Positions 18,007 to 28,302 of a stretch of DNA of 47,647 bases are shown here, piece after piece. Within the stretch, counting starts at the first letter, position 1. The number at the start of each line of letters is the position of its first letter. The notes beneath the pieces were generated by a model, which was not told where the DNA came from, searched no databases, and worked only from the letters and a program-made list of their open reading frames with translations. The stretch is from Myxococcota bacterium (lineage in GTDB: Bacteria; Myxococcota_A; UBA9160; UBA4427): positions 1 to 47,647 of the forward strand of contig JAYZFK010000042.1 of NCBI GenBank assembly GCA_036336835.1, given 5' to 3'. Both the position numbers and the translations under genes were made by a program.

Positions 18007-19281
18007 CTAGTCGTCCCAGCGGCCCGGGTAGAGCGGGAAGCGCCGGCAGAGCGCCTCGGCCTCTTCGCGCACCTGATCGAGCGTCTCGACGTCACCCGGG
18101 CGCGTGAGCACGCGGGCGATCCAGTCGGCCACCTCGAGCATCTCCGGCTCACGCATGCCTCGCGTCGTGACCGCGGGCGTACCGATCCTGACGCCGGACG
18201 TGACGGTGGGCTTGCGCGGGTCGAAGGGCACCATGTTCTTGTTCGCCGTGATACCTGCGCGATCCAGCGCAAGCTGAGCGGCTTTGCCCGTCGTGTCGCG
18301 ATGGACCAGCGAAAGCAGGAACAGGTGATTGTCCGTTCCGCCCGAGACGACCTCGAAATCGCGATCGAGCACGCCCCCCGCCAGCGCCTTGGAGTTGGCC
18401 ACGACCTGCTCGCAGTAGTCGCGGAAGGAGGGCTCGAGCGCCTCGCCGAAAGCGACCGCCTTCGCCGCGATGACGTGCATCAGCGGACCGCCCTGCCCGC
18501 CCGGGAACACCGCGCTATTGACCTTCTTCGCAAAGGACTCGTCGCACAGGATCAGCCCGCCGCGCGGACCGCGCAGGGTCTTGTGCGTCGTGGTCGTGAA
18601 AATGTGAGCCTTGCCGGCGGGGCTCGGGTGGACACCCGTCGCAACCAGCCCGGCGATGTGAGCGATATCGGCGAACAGCACGGCGTCCACCTCGTCGGCG
18701 ATCTCGCGGAACGCGGCAAAGTCGATCGTCCGCGAGTAGGCGGTCGCGCCGCACTGGATCAGCTTGGGGCGTTTCGCATGCGCCAGCTCTCGCAGCCTGG
18801 TGTAGTCGATCTGTTGCGTGTCCTCGCGAACGCCGTATGGAACCACGTCGTACAGCTTGCCGGAGAAGTTGACGGGGCTGCCGTGCGTGAGGTGGCCACC
18901 GTGATCGAGGTTCATGGCGAGGATGGTGTCGCCCGGCTCGAGCACCGCCTGGTAGGCGGCCCAGTTCGCCTGCGAGCCAGAATGCGGCTGGACGTTGGCG
19001 TGCTCGGCGCCGAACAGTTGCTTCGCGCGATCGATCGCAATCTGCTCGATCTCGTCCACGACATCGCAACCGCCGTAGTAGCGCCGCCCGGGATAGCCCT
19101 CCGCGTACTTGTTGGTCAGCACGGAGCCCGCTGCCTCGAGCACCGCCTCCGAGACGAAGTTCTCGGACGCGATCAGTTCGATCGACAACGCCTGTCGTCG
19201 CGCTTCGCCGCGGACCAGCCGGGCGATCTCCGGATCGACGCGCTCGATGGCCGAATCCGACTCGTTGGGGCGATTCGCCAT
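18007..19281 (-). CDS. glyA: Serine hydroxymethyltransferase
   Basis: [30 protein letters not shown] and [14 protein letters not shown] motifs. Confidence 0.97.
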   Translation of the reverse strand: MANRPNESDSAIERVDPEIARLVRGEARRQALSIELIASENFVSEAVLEAAGSVLTNKYAEGYPGRRYYGGCDVVDEIEQIAIDRAKQLFGAEHANVQPHSGSQANWAAYQAVLEPGDTILAMNLDHGGHLTHGSPVNFSGKLYDVVPYGVREDTQQIDYTRLRELAHAKRPKLIQCGATAYSRTIDFAAFREIADEVDAVLFADIAHIAGLVATGVHPSPAGKAHIFTTTTHKTLRGPRGGLILCDESFAKKVNSAVFPGGQGGPLMHVIAAKAVAFGEALEPSFRDYCEQVVANSKALAGGVLDRDFEVVSGGTDNHLFLLSLVHRDTTGKAAQLALDRAGITANKNMVPFDPRKPTVTSGVRIGTPAVTTRGMREPEMLEVADWIARVLTRPGDVETLDQVREEAEALCRRFPLYPGRWDD

Positions 19282-19409
19282 ACCTGCTCTCCTCTCGCCA
19301 GAAGCACGGGGCCCGGAAGTGGTCGCCCACTCCTTCATCCGGACGCACGAGGGCGTGCGCAAATGTCGTGTGACCGTGGGGGTACGGCCAGTCTAGCGCC
19401 TGCGCGCGC

Positions 19410-20660
19410 CTACTCCAGCAGGCCCAGCACCAGCGCAGCGTTGGTGCCGCCGAAGCCGAAGGAGTTCGAGAGCACGCGCCGGGGGCTGGCCGAACGCGCC
19501 TGCCCCGCGACGTGGTCGAGGACGCAGCCCGGGTCGGGGTCGTCGAGATTCAGTGTTGGCGGAAGTGTCTGCGTCTCCATCGCGCGGATCGCAAAGATCG
19601 CCTCGACCGCGCCGGCGGCACCGAGCAAGTGACCGGTCATCGACTTCGTCGCCGACACGGGGACACCCTCGAGCGACGGCCCGAACACGCTGCGCAGGGC
19701 AGTGACCTCGGCGGCGTCGCCCACCGGCGTGCTGGTGGCGTGGGCATTGATGTGCTCGATTTCCGAGGCGGCCAGCCCCGCGTCATCAAGGGCGAGCCGA
19801 ATGCAGCGAGCAGCGCCCTCGCCGCTCTCGTCAGGCGCCGCCATGTGCTGGCCGTCCGCGTTCAGGCCGTAGCCCAGCACCTCGGCGCGAATCACCGCAC
19901 CGCGAGCGCGGGCGTGAGCCAGCGACTCGAGCACCAGCACGCCGGCGCCCTCACCCATCACGAAGCCGTCTCGGCCGCGATCGAACGGGCGACTCGCCGC
20001 CTGCGGCTCTTCGTTCCGGGTCGACAGTGCGCGCATCGCGGCGAAGCCAGCAATCCCGATATCGACGATCGGTGCCTCGGCCCCGCCCGCCAGGATCACA
20101 TCGGCCTCGCCGCGGCGGATCCAGTGAAGCGCCTCACCGATCGAGTGTGCGCCCGACGCGCAGGCGCTCACATGGCACAGGTTCGGCCCGCGCAGCCCGT
20201 GCGCGATCGAGACGTAGCCGCTTGCCATGTTGCCGATCGACATCGGAATCGTGAAGGGCGACACGCGGCGCGCGCCACGCTCGAGCAACGTCTTCTGGTT
20301 GCTGGTGAGAGTCTCGAGCCCGCCGATCCCCGAGCCGATCGCAGCGCCGATCCGGTAGCGGTTGCCATCGTGGACATCGAGCTTCGCGTCGGCGATCGCC
20401 GAGCAAGCCGCAGCGAGCGCAAACCGCACGAAGCGATCGGCACGGCGGGCCTCCTTGGGAGGCAAATCACCGAGATCGGGCTCGCCCTTCACCTCGGCGG
20501 CGAAGCGAACCGGCAGCGCACTGGCATCGAAACGCGAGATGGGCCCGACCCCAGTGGATCCGGCGACCGCGGCAGCCCAGCTCGACTCGAGGTCGAGTCC
20601 GAGCGGGCTCACGCAACCCAGTCCGGTGACAACAACGCGCTCAGTGTCGGCGCGAGCCAT
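19410..20660 (-). CDS. fabF: Beta-ketoacyl-ACP synthase II
   Basis: SACASG, NAHATST, KSMTGHLLGAAG and SNSFGFGG motifs. Confidence 0.97.
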   Translation of the reverse strand: MARADTERVVVTGLGCVSPLGLDLESSWAAAVAGSTGVGPISRFDASALPVRFAAEVKGEPDLGDLPPKEARRADRFVRFALAAACSAIADAKLDVHDGNRYRIGAAIGSGIGGLETLTSNQKTLLERGARRVSPFTIPMSIGNMASGYVSIAHGLRGPNLCHVSACASGAHSIGEALHWIRRGEADVILAGGAEAPIVDIGIAGFAAMRALSTRNEEPQAASRPFDRGRDGFVMGEGAGVLVLESLAHARARGAVIRAEVLGYGLNADGQHMAAPDESGEGAARCIRLALDDAGLAASEIEHINAHATSTPVGDAAEVTALRSVFGPSLEGVPVSATKSMTGHLLGAAGAVEAIFAIRAMETQTLPPTLNLDDPDPGCVLDHVAGQARSASPRRVLSNSFGFGGTNAALVLGLLE

Positions 20661-20668
20661 ACGCTGGA

Positions 20669-20905
20669 TTACGCCTGGAGGCGGTTCCTGAGGTAGTCGA
20701 GAGCGTCGCCGATCGTGCGCATCTTCTCGACGTCCTCATCCGAGATCTCGACGTCGAACTCTTCTTCCATCGACATCACGAGCTCGACGATATCCAGTGA
20801 GTCCGCGCCAAGGTCGTCGAAGAACGACGCGCTGGAAGAGACCTCCTCCTCCGCGACGCCGAGCTGCTCGACGATCAGGCCGGTCATGCGTTCTTCGACC
20901 CCCAT
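20669..20905 (-). CDS. acpP: Acyl carrier protein
   Basis: [14 protein letters not shown] phosphopantetheine site; ATG 20905 with SD. Confidence 0.97.
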   Translation of the reverse strand: MGVEERMTGLIVEQLGVAEEEVSSSASFFDDLGADSLDIVELVMSMEEEFDVEISDEDVEKMRTIGDALDYLRNRLQA

Positions 20906-20910
20906 CGACT

Positions 20911-21873
20911 TCACTCCCCTCGCAGCTGCGCCGCGCCGCCGGTCACGAACTCGTGGGCCCCGTCCAGATCCGAGAGCGACGAGAGACCCGCCCGGTTGGT
21001 GCGGCGTTCGATTCGGGCAATCAGACCGGACAGCACCCGCCCGGGGCCGATCTCGAGAAAATGATCGATGCCCAGTCCACACAACCGCGTCACGATCTCA
21101 CAGAACCGGACGGGCGCGGTGACCTGCCGCCGCAACAGCTCGGCGGTGCGTGTGCCGTCGCCGTTGGGCTCGGCCTCGACGTTGCTGACCACGGGCGGCT
21201 TCGCATCGGCGAACTGAACGCGCTCGAGCTCGAGCGCCAGCTCGTTGGCGGCGGGCTCCATCAGCGCACAGTGAAACGGCGCCGACACCGGAAGCCCGAT
21301 GGCGCGCTTGGCACCGAGCTCTTTGGCGCGCGAGCAGGCACGCTCGACCGCAGCCGCGTGGCCGGCGATCACCGTCTGCTGCGGCGAGTTGAAGTTGGCG
21401 GGCGCCACGACCTGGTCGGAGCCCGCCGCGATCTCTGCGCAGACCTCCGCGACCTCGTTCGGACCCATGCCCATCACCGCCGCCATCGCGCCGACGCCTT
21501 CGGGCACGGCTTGCTGCATGAAACGGCCGCGCGCGTTCACGAGCACGACGGCCTCCTGGAAACCGAGCGCTCCCGCCGCAACCAGGGCGGAGTACTCCCC
21601 AAGGCTGTGACCGGCGACGAAGACGGGCTCGACGGGCGCGCGCTCTTCGAGCGCGCGCAGCAACGCGATGCTGGTGGTCAGAATCGCCGGCTGCTGGATC
21701 TCGGTGCGCATCAACTCGGCCTCGGGCCCTTCGAAGCACAGCGCACTGAGCTCGAAGCCGAGCGCCCGGTCGGCGGCGTCGAACACGGCCGATGCTGCCG
21801 GTGACGCCTCGTAGACGTCGCGTCCCATGCCGACTTCCTGCGAGCCCTGGCCGGGGAAGACGAGTGCCAGCAC
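20911..21873 (-). CDS. fabD: Malonyl-CoA:ACP transacylase
   Basis: FPGQGSQ, GHSLGEY and VSAPFHC motifs; GTG 21873 with GAGGAG SD. Confidence 0.96.
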   Translation of the reverse strand: MLALVFPGQGSQEVGMGRDVYEASPAASAVFDAADRALGFELSALCFEGPEAELMRTEIQQPAILTTSIALLRALEERAPVEPVFVAGHSLGEYSALVAAGALGFQEAVVLVNARGRFMQQAVPEGVGAMAAVMGMGPNEVAEVCAEIAAGSDQVVAPANFNSPQQTVIAGHAAAVERACSRAKELGAKRAIGLPVSAPFHCALMEPAANELALELERVQFADAKPPVVSNVEAEPNGDGTRTAELLRRQVTAPVRFCEIVTRLCGLGIDHFLEIGPGRVLSGLIARIERRTNRAGLSSLSDLDGAHEFVTGGAAQLRGE

Positions 21874-21880
21874 GCGGTGG

Positions 21881-22069
21881 CTACTCCTCGTCCTGCTCGA
21901 CCATCGCGCGGCCCTTGTAGCTTCCGCAGCTGGGACACACACGGTGGGGCAGCTTCGGCGCACCGCAGTCGGGCTCCGGGCACACCGACAGCGTGGGCGG
22001 CGCAAGTGCGTCGTGCGAGCGGCGTCGATCTCGCTTGCCCTTCGAGGTCCGGCTCTTCGGAACGGCCAT
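21881..22069 (-). CDS. rpmF: 50S ribosomal protein L32 (zinc-binding type)
   Basis: [31 protein letters not shown]. Confidence 0.96.
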   Translation of the reverse strand: MAVPKSRTSKGKRDRRRSHDALAPPTLSVCPEPDCGAPKLPHRVCPSCGSYKGRAMVEQDEE

Positions 22070-22071
22070 CG

Positions 22072-22656
22072 TCAGTCTCCTTGCAATCCGTCCTTCAGCG
22101 CGGCGAGCACTGCGAACGGCGATTCCGCCCTCGGCTCGTCACCAGCACTGCGACACCCGCAATCCCCTGAAGCGAGAGAGGCACCGCAGTTCGGACACAG
22201 ACCACGGCAGGCCTCGCGGCACAGCGGCTGTACAGGCATCCCGAGCGCTACGAGCTCGGCAAAGTAGGCGTCGAGTTCGATCTCACTCCCGCGAAACCAC
22301 CCTGCCTCGATCTCGTCGCCCAGACACACGCCGAAACGGCTCAGCGCTGCGGCGCCCTCTGGGTCGGCGGGAATCCGGCTGCGTGCCGGCTCGAGGACGA
22401 GAGTGAATGATTCGCGAAGGGCCTGACGATAGCGCGCGACGCAGCGGCTGCATTCGACCTCGAGCTCGCCTTGCATGGTTCCCTCGAGGTACACGTCCTC
22501 GCCCAACCGATGCGCGTCGAGATGGAAACGAAACGGCGCGAGCACCTCGTACGGGCCTTCGCTCGCGCCGCGCACCCGTTCGCGCCACCACGAGGGCGGA
22601 GCATCGAAGTCGTGGGCGCTCGGAGTGCCCGAAAGCCGATCGAGCCGCAGCAGCAC
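22072..22656 (-). CDS. yceD: DUF177/YceD family protein
   Basis: [29 protein letters not shown]; directly upstream of rpmF; start approximate. Confidence 0.9.
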   Translation of the reverse strand: MLLRLDRLSGTPSAHDFDAPPSWWRERVRGASEGPYEVLAPFRFHLDAHRLGEDVYLEGTMQGELEVECSRCVARYRQALRESFTLVLEPARSRIPADPEGAAALSRFGVCLGDEIEAGWFRGSEIELDAYFAELVALGMPVQPLCREACRGLCPNCGASLASGDCGCRSAGDEPRAESPFAVLAALKDGLQGD

Positions 22657-22837
22657 GTCGTGGTCTCGCTGGACGGGGGCCGCAGGCCAGAGAAAAGTAC
22701 AGAGATCGCAAAGACTTGCCGCGGCGAGCTCGTCCTTCACGGCGAGGTAGCGCGAGGTCGCTGGGGCGTCAAACCCGCCTCGGGCCCCGAGGGGATCAGC
22801 CGAGTCGCACGGGTCGCTGCGTTATGTTCGCCGCTCG

Positions 22838-24259
22838 ATGAACGCCGTCCGGACCCGCTTTGCGCCGAGCCCCACGGGGTATCTACACCTCGGCAGTGCC
22901 CGCACGGCGCTGTTTGCCTGGGCGTACGCGCGCCGCCACGGCGGCGCGTTCGTGCTGCGCATCGAGGACACGGATCGCAATCGCTCGACCGAGGCATCCG
23001 AGCGCGGGGTACTCGAGGGGCTCGAGTGGCTCGGTCTGCACTGGGACGAGGGGCCCTACCGCCAGAGCGAGCGTGCCGATCGCTACGCGCAAGCGATCGC
23101 GCAGCTGCTCGACCTCGACCGTGCCTACCGCTGCACCTGCACACCCGACGAGCTCGAGCAGCGCAAGCAGACCACGATCGAGGCCGGTGGCAAGTGGACC
23201 TACGACGGTCACTGCCAGAGTGCCGGGAACGGCCCCGACTGCGGCCCGCACACCGTGCGACTGCGCGTCGAGGGCAGCCAGGACCTGGCCTGGGACGACG
23301 CCGTGTTCGGGCCGAGCGGTCAGGCGGCGAGCGAGATCGGCGACCGCATCATCCGGCGCAGTGACGGCAGCGCGCTCTACAATCTCGCGGTGGTGGTCGA
23401 CGACATCGACATGGCGATCAGTCATGTGATCCGCGGTGACGACCACCAGGTCAACACGGCCTTCCAAATCGCGCTCTACCGCGCGCTCGACGCACCGCTG
23501 CCGGTGTTCGCGCACCTTCCGCTGCTGGTCGGCGAGTCCGGCAAGAAGCTCTCCAAGCGACGCGATCCGGTGTCGGTCCAGCAGTACCGGGAAGAGGGCT
23601 TTCTGCCCGAGGCGATGTGCAGCTGGCTGGCGCGCCTCGGCTGGTCCCACGGCGACCAGGAGATCTTCGCGCGCGACGAGTTCGTACGCCTGTTCGATCT
23701 GTCGAGCGTCGGGCGCTCTGCCACACAGGCGAACTTCGGCAAGCTCGAATGGCAGAACCAGCAGTTCGTTGCGGCACTGCCGAGCGACGAGCTGCTCGAG
23801 CGCCTGCGGCCGTTCCTGGAGCTCCAGGCGGCCGGCCCGATCGAAGACAGCGAGGGACTGCGCGCACTGCTCGAGCTGCTGCGCGAGCGCGCACACACGC
23901 TCGCCGAGATGGCGGCACAGGCGCGCTGGCTGGTCGTCGACGACGAGGCGATCGAGCCCGACCCGAAGGCGGTCAAGAAGCACTGGAAGGCCGGCAGCGG
24001 CCCACTGCTGGAGAGTCTTGCCCGCGGCCTGCAGGGACTCGACGATTGGGAGCCCGATGCCATCGAAGGGGTGTTCGAGCGCGTGCGAGCCGAGGCCGGC
24101 GATATCGGAATGGGCAAGCTGGCGCAGCCCGTGCGCATTGCACTCACCGGCCGCGCCGCATCACCTGGCATCTTCGAGACCGTCGCCGCGCTCCCTCAGA
24201 AGCGGGCAGTGGCGCGCATCGAACGGGCGATCGGGATGTTGTCGGAGCTGTCGGAGTAG
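22838..24259 (+). CDS. gltX: Glutamate--tRNA ligase
   Basis: RTRFAPSPTGYLHLG, LRIEDTD, CTC..YDGHC and KLSKR motifs; full anticodon-binding domain. Confidence 0.96.
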   Translation: MNAVRTRFAPSPTGYLHLGSARTALFAWAYARRHGGAFVLRIEDTDRNRSTEASERGVLEGLEWLGLHWDEGPYRQSERADRYAQAIAQLLDLDRAYRCTCTPDELEQRKQTTIEAGGKWTYDGHCQSAGNGPDCGPHTVRLRVEGSQDLAWDDAVFGPSGQAASEIGDRIIRRSDGSALYNLAVVVDDIDMAISHVIRGDDHQVNTAFQIALYRALDAPLPVFAHLPLLVGESGKKLSKRRDPVSVQQYREEGFLPEAMCSWLARLGWSHGDQEIFARDEFVRLFDLSSVGRSATQANFGKLEWQNQQFVAALPSDELLERLRPFLELQAAGPIEDSEGLRALLELLRERAHTLAEMAAQARWLVVDDEAIEPDPKAVKKHWKAGSGPLLESLARGLQGLDDWEPDAIEGVFERVRAEAGDIGMGKLAQPVRIALTGRAASPGIFETVAALPQKRAVARIERAIGMLSELSE

Positions 24260-24263
24260 AACC

Positions 24264-24337
24264 TGGATCCCCGGGGAGGATTTGAACCTCCATTGACGGA
24301 TTCAGAGTCCGCTGTCCTGCCGTTAGACGACCGGGGA
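24264..24337 (-). tRNA. tRNA-Gln(CTG)
   Basis: Acceptor TCCCCGG/CCGGGGA, anticodon arm GCGGA-CT-CTG-AA-TCCGT, T arm GGAGG-TTCAAAT-CCTCC, encoded CCA. Confidence 0.95.
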
Positions 24338-24350
24338 CCAAGCGGACCGC

Positions 24351-24379
24351 AGCGTAGGTAACCGCACAGCCCGCGTAAA
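24351..24379 (-). promoter_or_regulatory. sigma70-type promoter of tRNA-Gln
   Basis: TTTACG-N17-TACGCT followed by a GC-rich discriminator. Confidence 0.6.
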
Positions 24380-24585
24380 GCGCGCGCTCAGCGCGCCTGG
24401 GCGTGCCGCTCCCCCGCGGTTTCGATCCACCCCACGACCTCGCATCGGGCGGCAACTCGCCGGGACAGCGCATCGGGAGCGCGACCGATTCCTTGAGTCG
24501 CGAGGCCTTTCTGCCGATGGAAGGAACTGCCAGAAGCAGAGACCACCATGGCCCAGTTCCCTCACCCCACAGCAAAGCCAGCCTG

Positions 24586-25410
24586 ATGGCCGCATTCGTC
24601 GAGCGAAGCCGCTGCCCCGGCTGTGGCAGTGGTGCGGTCACCACCTTGCTCTCGCGCGACTTTGCGCACCCGAGCGTCTGGCGCTTCGTGGAGCGCCGCT
24701 ACCAGGGCCGCCTGAGTCGGCGCGAGTTGGCCGGGCGACACCACGAAGTCGCCCGCTGCTCATTGTGCCAGCTGCTCTTCCACCGCTACGTCTTGTCGGA
24801 CGCCTCGCTGGCGCGGCTGTATGGCGAGTGGACCAGCGAGCCCGAGCCCCGCGCAAACGAAGGCGCGCCGGGCGTCCTGCTGCAACCGCCCACACCGGCT
24901 CGCGTGCTCGATCTCGGGGCGGGTGAGGGCGATTTCTGCGCGGCGGCGCGCGAGGCGGGCTGCGAGGTGATCGCGGTCGAGATCGCACCGACGCTGCTCG
25001 AGCGGCTGCAGGATCAGGGCTTCGAGGCCTACTCGCGGATCGAGGACGTCGAGCGATCGGACATCGGCCTCGCACGCTGTCACCAGATCGTCGAGCACCT
25101 GCCGCGCCCGCTCGAGACGCTTCGCGCGCTGGCGGAGCGTCTCGCTCCGGGGGGACGGATCGAGCTCAGCGTGCCCGACGCCTCGCGAACCTCTGCAGAC
25201 CTGTCGTGCACCTTCTGGAGCGCCGGCGACGATGCACTCCGACCACTCGAACACCTGAACGGCTTCACGCCCCGCTCACTGGGGTGGCTTGCGCGCCAGC
25301 TCGGTCTTTCGTGCAGCGCGCCGCGTGCAACCGGCTTGGCGCGCATGCGACGGCCGAGCACGATGCATCGAACACTCGAGCGCCCAGGCACGGGCGGGAT
25401 CGCGCCGTGA
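24586..25410 (+). CDS. Class I SAM-dependent methyltransferase with N-terminal Cys motifs
   Basis: CPGC..CSLC, VLDLGAGEG, HQIVEHL and EHLNGF motifs, as in polysaccharide-locus methyltransferases. Confidence 0.75.
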   Translation: MAAFVERSRCPGCGSGAVTTLLSRDFAHPSVWRFVERRYQGRLSRRELAGRHHEVARCSLCQLLFHRYVLSDASLARLYGEWTSEPEPRANEGAPGVLLQPPTPARVLDLGAGEGDFCAAAREAGCEVIAVEIAPTLLERLQDQGFEAYSRIEDVERSDIGLARCHQIVEHLPRPLETLRALAERLAPGGRIELSVPDASRTSADLSCTFWSAGDDALRPLEHLNGFTPRSLGWLARQLGLSCSAPRATGLARMRRPSTMHRTLERPGTGGIAP

Positions 25411-25646
25411 ACGGTGCGGCCGACGTCGCCCGGGTCATTCCCGCGCGCAACGCCGAGTCTACGCTCGCGCCCTAGTTCGTCTGGTTCCTCGACGCCGACT
25501 GCGTGGCCGAGCCCGCTGCACTGCCGCAACTGCGCGCCGTACTCGAGGCGAGCGGCAGCTGGCTCGATCACCTGCCGCCGGGCGCGCGTAACAGACACCG
25601 CGCGGTCCGCTCCACGCTGCCAACCTCTGGATCCTCGCCCCGCTAG
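25407..25646 (+). pseudogene. Family 2 glycosyltransferase relic
   Basis: GTG coupled to the methyltransferase stop; VIPARNAESTLAP, then TAG, then in-frame FVWFLDADC (DxD motif); most of the domain is missing. Confidence 0.7.
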
Positions 25647-26494
25647 AAGGGGTAGAGAGAATCCGACGTGAAGAGCGCGATCAGCGCGCCAGCGGCGATC
25701 GAGGGCGCGAAGCCGAACGGGCTGGTGAAGCTACGCGTCGCCAACGCCCAGCCAAGGCCCATCGCGAGCCCGGTCAGCGAGGCCAGCGCGATCGACAGCA
25801 GCACGCCCAGCGGCCCGAGAAAGGCACCGATCATCGCCAGCAGCTTGACGTCACCGAAGCCGAGTCCCGGGAACCAGATCCAGTAGTCGAGGCTGCGCGG
25901 CTCGGGTACGGCCTCACCCTCGCCGGGCCAATGCTCGAACTTGCGGCCGGTCGCAACCGCGACGCGCGCATGCACGAAGCCGACGAACCACAGCGAGCCA
26001 CTCCCGACCAGCGCGCCGAGCGCCGCGTGCCGAATCGCCTCGCCCGGACTCGCCCCGATCTGCATCAGCGCAAACGGCACGACCACCAGACCCGCAATCA
26101 GGCCGCCCAGCGAGATCTCGTCGGGGATGATCTGGTGGTCGAGGTCGATCATCGCCGCAACGATCAGCGCGGCACTGAAGCTCATCCAGATCGGCGTCCA
26201 CGCGCTGATGCCGAAGCGGTAGGCGAGCGCGACAAACACGCAGCCGGTCAACAACTCGACCACGGGATAGCGCCACGAGATTCGAGCGTCACACTGACGA
26301 CACTGCCCGCCGAGAATCGCAAACGACAGCAGCGGAACATTGTCCCGATTCGCGATGGGCGTCTGGCAGCCGGGGCAGCGACTCCGCGGCGAAACGATGG
26401 ACTCGCCGAGCGGAAGTCGATGGATCACGACGTTCAGGAAGGAGCCAACCAGCAGCCCGAACACGAACATCGCCACGAGGAACCAGGTCAGCAC
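25643..26494 (-). CDS. pilD: Prepilin peptidase/N-methyltransferase
   Basis: GSFLNVVIHRLP, CPGC..CRQC, ISWRYPVVE, IDLDHQIIPD, GFGDVKL and FAP motifs. Confidence 0.95.
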   Translation of the reverse strand: MLTWFLVAMFVFGLLVGSFLNVVIHRLPLGESIVSPRSRCPGCQTPIANRDNVPLLSFAILGGQCRQCDARISWRYPVVELLTGCVFVALAYRFGISAWTPIWMSFSAALIVAAMIDLDHQIIPDEISLGGLIAGLVVVPFALMQIGASPGEAIRHAALGALVGSGSLWFVGFVHARVAVATGRKFEHWPGEGEAVPEPRSLDYWIWFPGLGFGDVKLLAMIGAFLGPLGVLLSIALASLTGLAMGLGWALATRSFTSPFGFAPSIAAGALIALFTSDSLYPF

Positions 26495-26563
26495 GAGGAG
26501 CCCCCGCTCGTCATTGTGCGCTTGCGCCCCGGGCGAGGGTAGCCCCCACCGGCCGGCCGTTGC

Positions 26564-27340
26564 TCAACGCAGGTCCCGGCGCTCGAACAGCAGGCTCGCG
26601 GCGAGCAGCAGCACACTGGCGTAGCCAGCGGCATAGGTCACCGGAAGCCAGATATCTCCCGCCGGAATCGGGAGCCCGTGGACCGCCTGGATGCTCAGGT
26701 CGTAGAGCTCGAGATCCGGCAGCACCCGGTACAGCCAGACCCCGATCTGGCCGACCCCGGCGTCGCCCGACGCCGTCGCGAGATGGTAGAGGTTCTGCGT
26801 CAGGTGGCCCACGACGTAGATGCCGACGGTATACAAGGCCGCGAGCATCGGCGTCGTGAACGACGAGAACAGGATCGCGACAGCGACGACGATCACCATC
26901 TCGATACCGAGCATCGCGATCGCGACAACGTGCCCCGGATGCACCGGCGCACCGGCCGCGAACGAAACCCCGGCAAAGACCAGGCCCATGCACAGCAGCA
27001 TCAACCAGGTGGTCGCCACCAGCCCGGCATATTTTCCGAGCAGGAACTCCGAGCGCGTGATCGGCTTCGAGAGGATCATGTAGATGGTGCGCCGCTCGAC
27101 TTCGCGGTGGAGTAGGTTGATGCCGATCAGGATCGCCGTCGCCGCGCAGAAGACACGCATCGTGGTGAACGCGAGATCCTGCATGATGCGCGTGCCTTCG
27201 ACATAGGACAGCGTCGAGAGAACGACGCAGCCGAGCGTGATCAGCACGGACACGGTGAAGATCGCGTACATCAACTTGTCGCGAACGGCTTCGCGCACCG
27301 TGTTGGCCGCGATCGTGTAGATGCGCGTCAGTGAGCTCAC
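26564..27340 (-). CDS. ABC transporter permease, PilI-like (pilin-associated)
   Basis: REVERRTIYMILSKPITRSEFLLGKY, six TMs, FERRDL end; follows the ABC ATPase in the pilin locus. Confidence 0.85.
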   Translation of the reverse strand: MSSLTRIYTIAANTVREAVRDKLMYAIFTVSVLITLGCVVLSTLSYVEGTRIMQDLAFTTMRVFCAATAILIGINLLHREVERRTIYMILSKPITRSEFLLGKYAGLVATTWLMLLCMGLVFAGVSFAAGAPVHPGHVVAIAMLGIEMVIVVAVAILFSSFTTPMLAALYTVGIYVVGHLTQNLYHLATASGDAGVGQIGVWLYRVLPDLELYDLSIQAVHGLPIPAGDIWLPVTYAAGYASVLLLAASLLFERRDLR

Positions 27341-28302
27341 GCGTCCGACTCCCCATCCGCCCGATGATCGGCCGCCGCCGCGTCCCGCACGGCCGTCAGG
27401 AACACTTTCTCGAGCGAGGGGCGGTGCGGGGAGACCTCGCTCACACCGGCTCCGCCGTCGAGTGCGGCCCGCAGGACCGCGGGGACGTGCTTGGAGTCCA
27501 GGCGAAATTCGATGCGCTCGCGCACGCCGCGCAGCTCGGCACCGTACTGGCTCTCGAGCACGCCAGCGAGCTCCGGCGTCACCGACTCCAGCGTGACGTC
27601 GACCTGTCCGCACTCACTGGCCAGGTACTCTTCGATCCGGCCCTGATAACGCACGCGGCCAGCCACGATGATCGCAATCCGGTCGCAGACCATCTCCATG
27701 TCCGACAGGATGTGGGTGTTCATGAACACCGTCTTGCCGTCTTCCCGGAGGCGCAGGATCAGATCGCGGATCGCCTTGCGTCCGAGCGGATCGAGCCCGC
27801 TCATCGGCTCGTCGAGGAATACGACGCTCGGGTCGTGAACCAGGGCCTGCGCGATGCCGACGCGCTGCAACATGCCCTTCGAGTAGCTTCGCAGCCGCTG
27901 GTCGGCCGCACCATCGAGCCCCACCCAGTCGAGCAGCAACGCCACGCGCTCGCGGCGAGCGCGGCTCTCGAGGCCCGACAGCCGCGCGTAGAACTCCAGG
28001 GTCTCGCGGCCCGTCAGGTAGTCGTAGAAGATCGGATTCTCCGGCAGGAAGCCGATCTCTCGGCGGAATTCCGTCTCTCCGACAGCGTGCCCGAGGATCG
28101 TCGCGCGGCCGCTCGTGGCGCGGATCAGACCCATCAGAATCTTCATCGTGGTCGTCTTGCCGGCGCCGTTGGGACCCACGAAGCCGAAGATCTCGCCGCG
28201 CTCGATGCGCAGCGACACGTCGTGGAGCACGCGCTTGCGCCGCAGGCCAAAGCCGGGGCGGACGTCCTTGACGACGTTCTCGACCTGGATCACCGCCGTC
28301 AT
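27337..28302 (-). CDS. ABC transporter ATP-binding protein, PilH-like
   Basis: GPNGAGKTT, YSKGMLQR, LDEPMSGLDP and NTH motifs. Confidence 0.92.
   Translation of the reverse strand: MTAVIQVENVVKDVRPGFGLRRKRVLHDVSLRIERGEIFGFVGPNGAGKTTTMKILMGLIRATSGRATILGHAVGETEFRREIGFLPENPIFYDYLTGRETLEFYARLSGLESRARRERVALLLDWVGLDGAADQRLRSYSKGMLQRVGIAQALVHDPSVVFLDEPMSGLDPLGRKAIRDLILRLREDGKTVFMNTHILSDMEMVCDRIAIIVAGRVRYQGRIEEYLASECGQVDVTLESVTPELAGVLESQYGAELRGVRERIEFRLDSKHVPAVLRAALDGGAGVSEVSPHRPSLEKVFLTAVRDAAAADHRADGESDA

Noticed and set aside
22762..22784. Sequence resembling the tRNA-Gln T-arm (17 of 23 nt), inverted relative to the tRNA and flanking gltX
   Set aside because: Short, GC-rich and lacking a long exact core; compatible with chance.
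24548..24586. 12-codon ORF MAQFPHPTAKPA coupled (TGATG) to the methyltransferase
   Set aside because: Too short, weak SD and no attenuator features.
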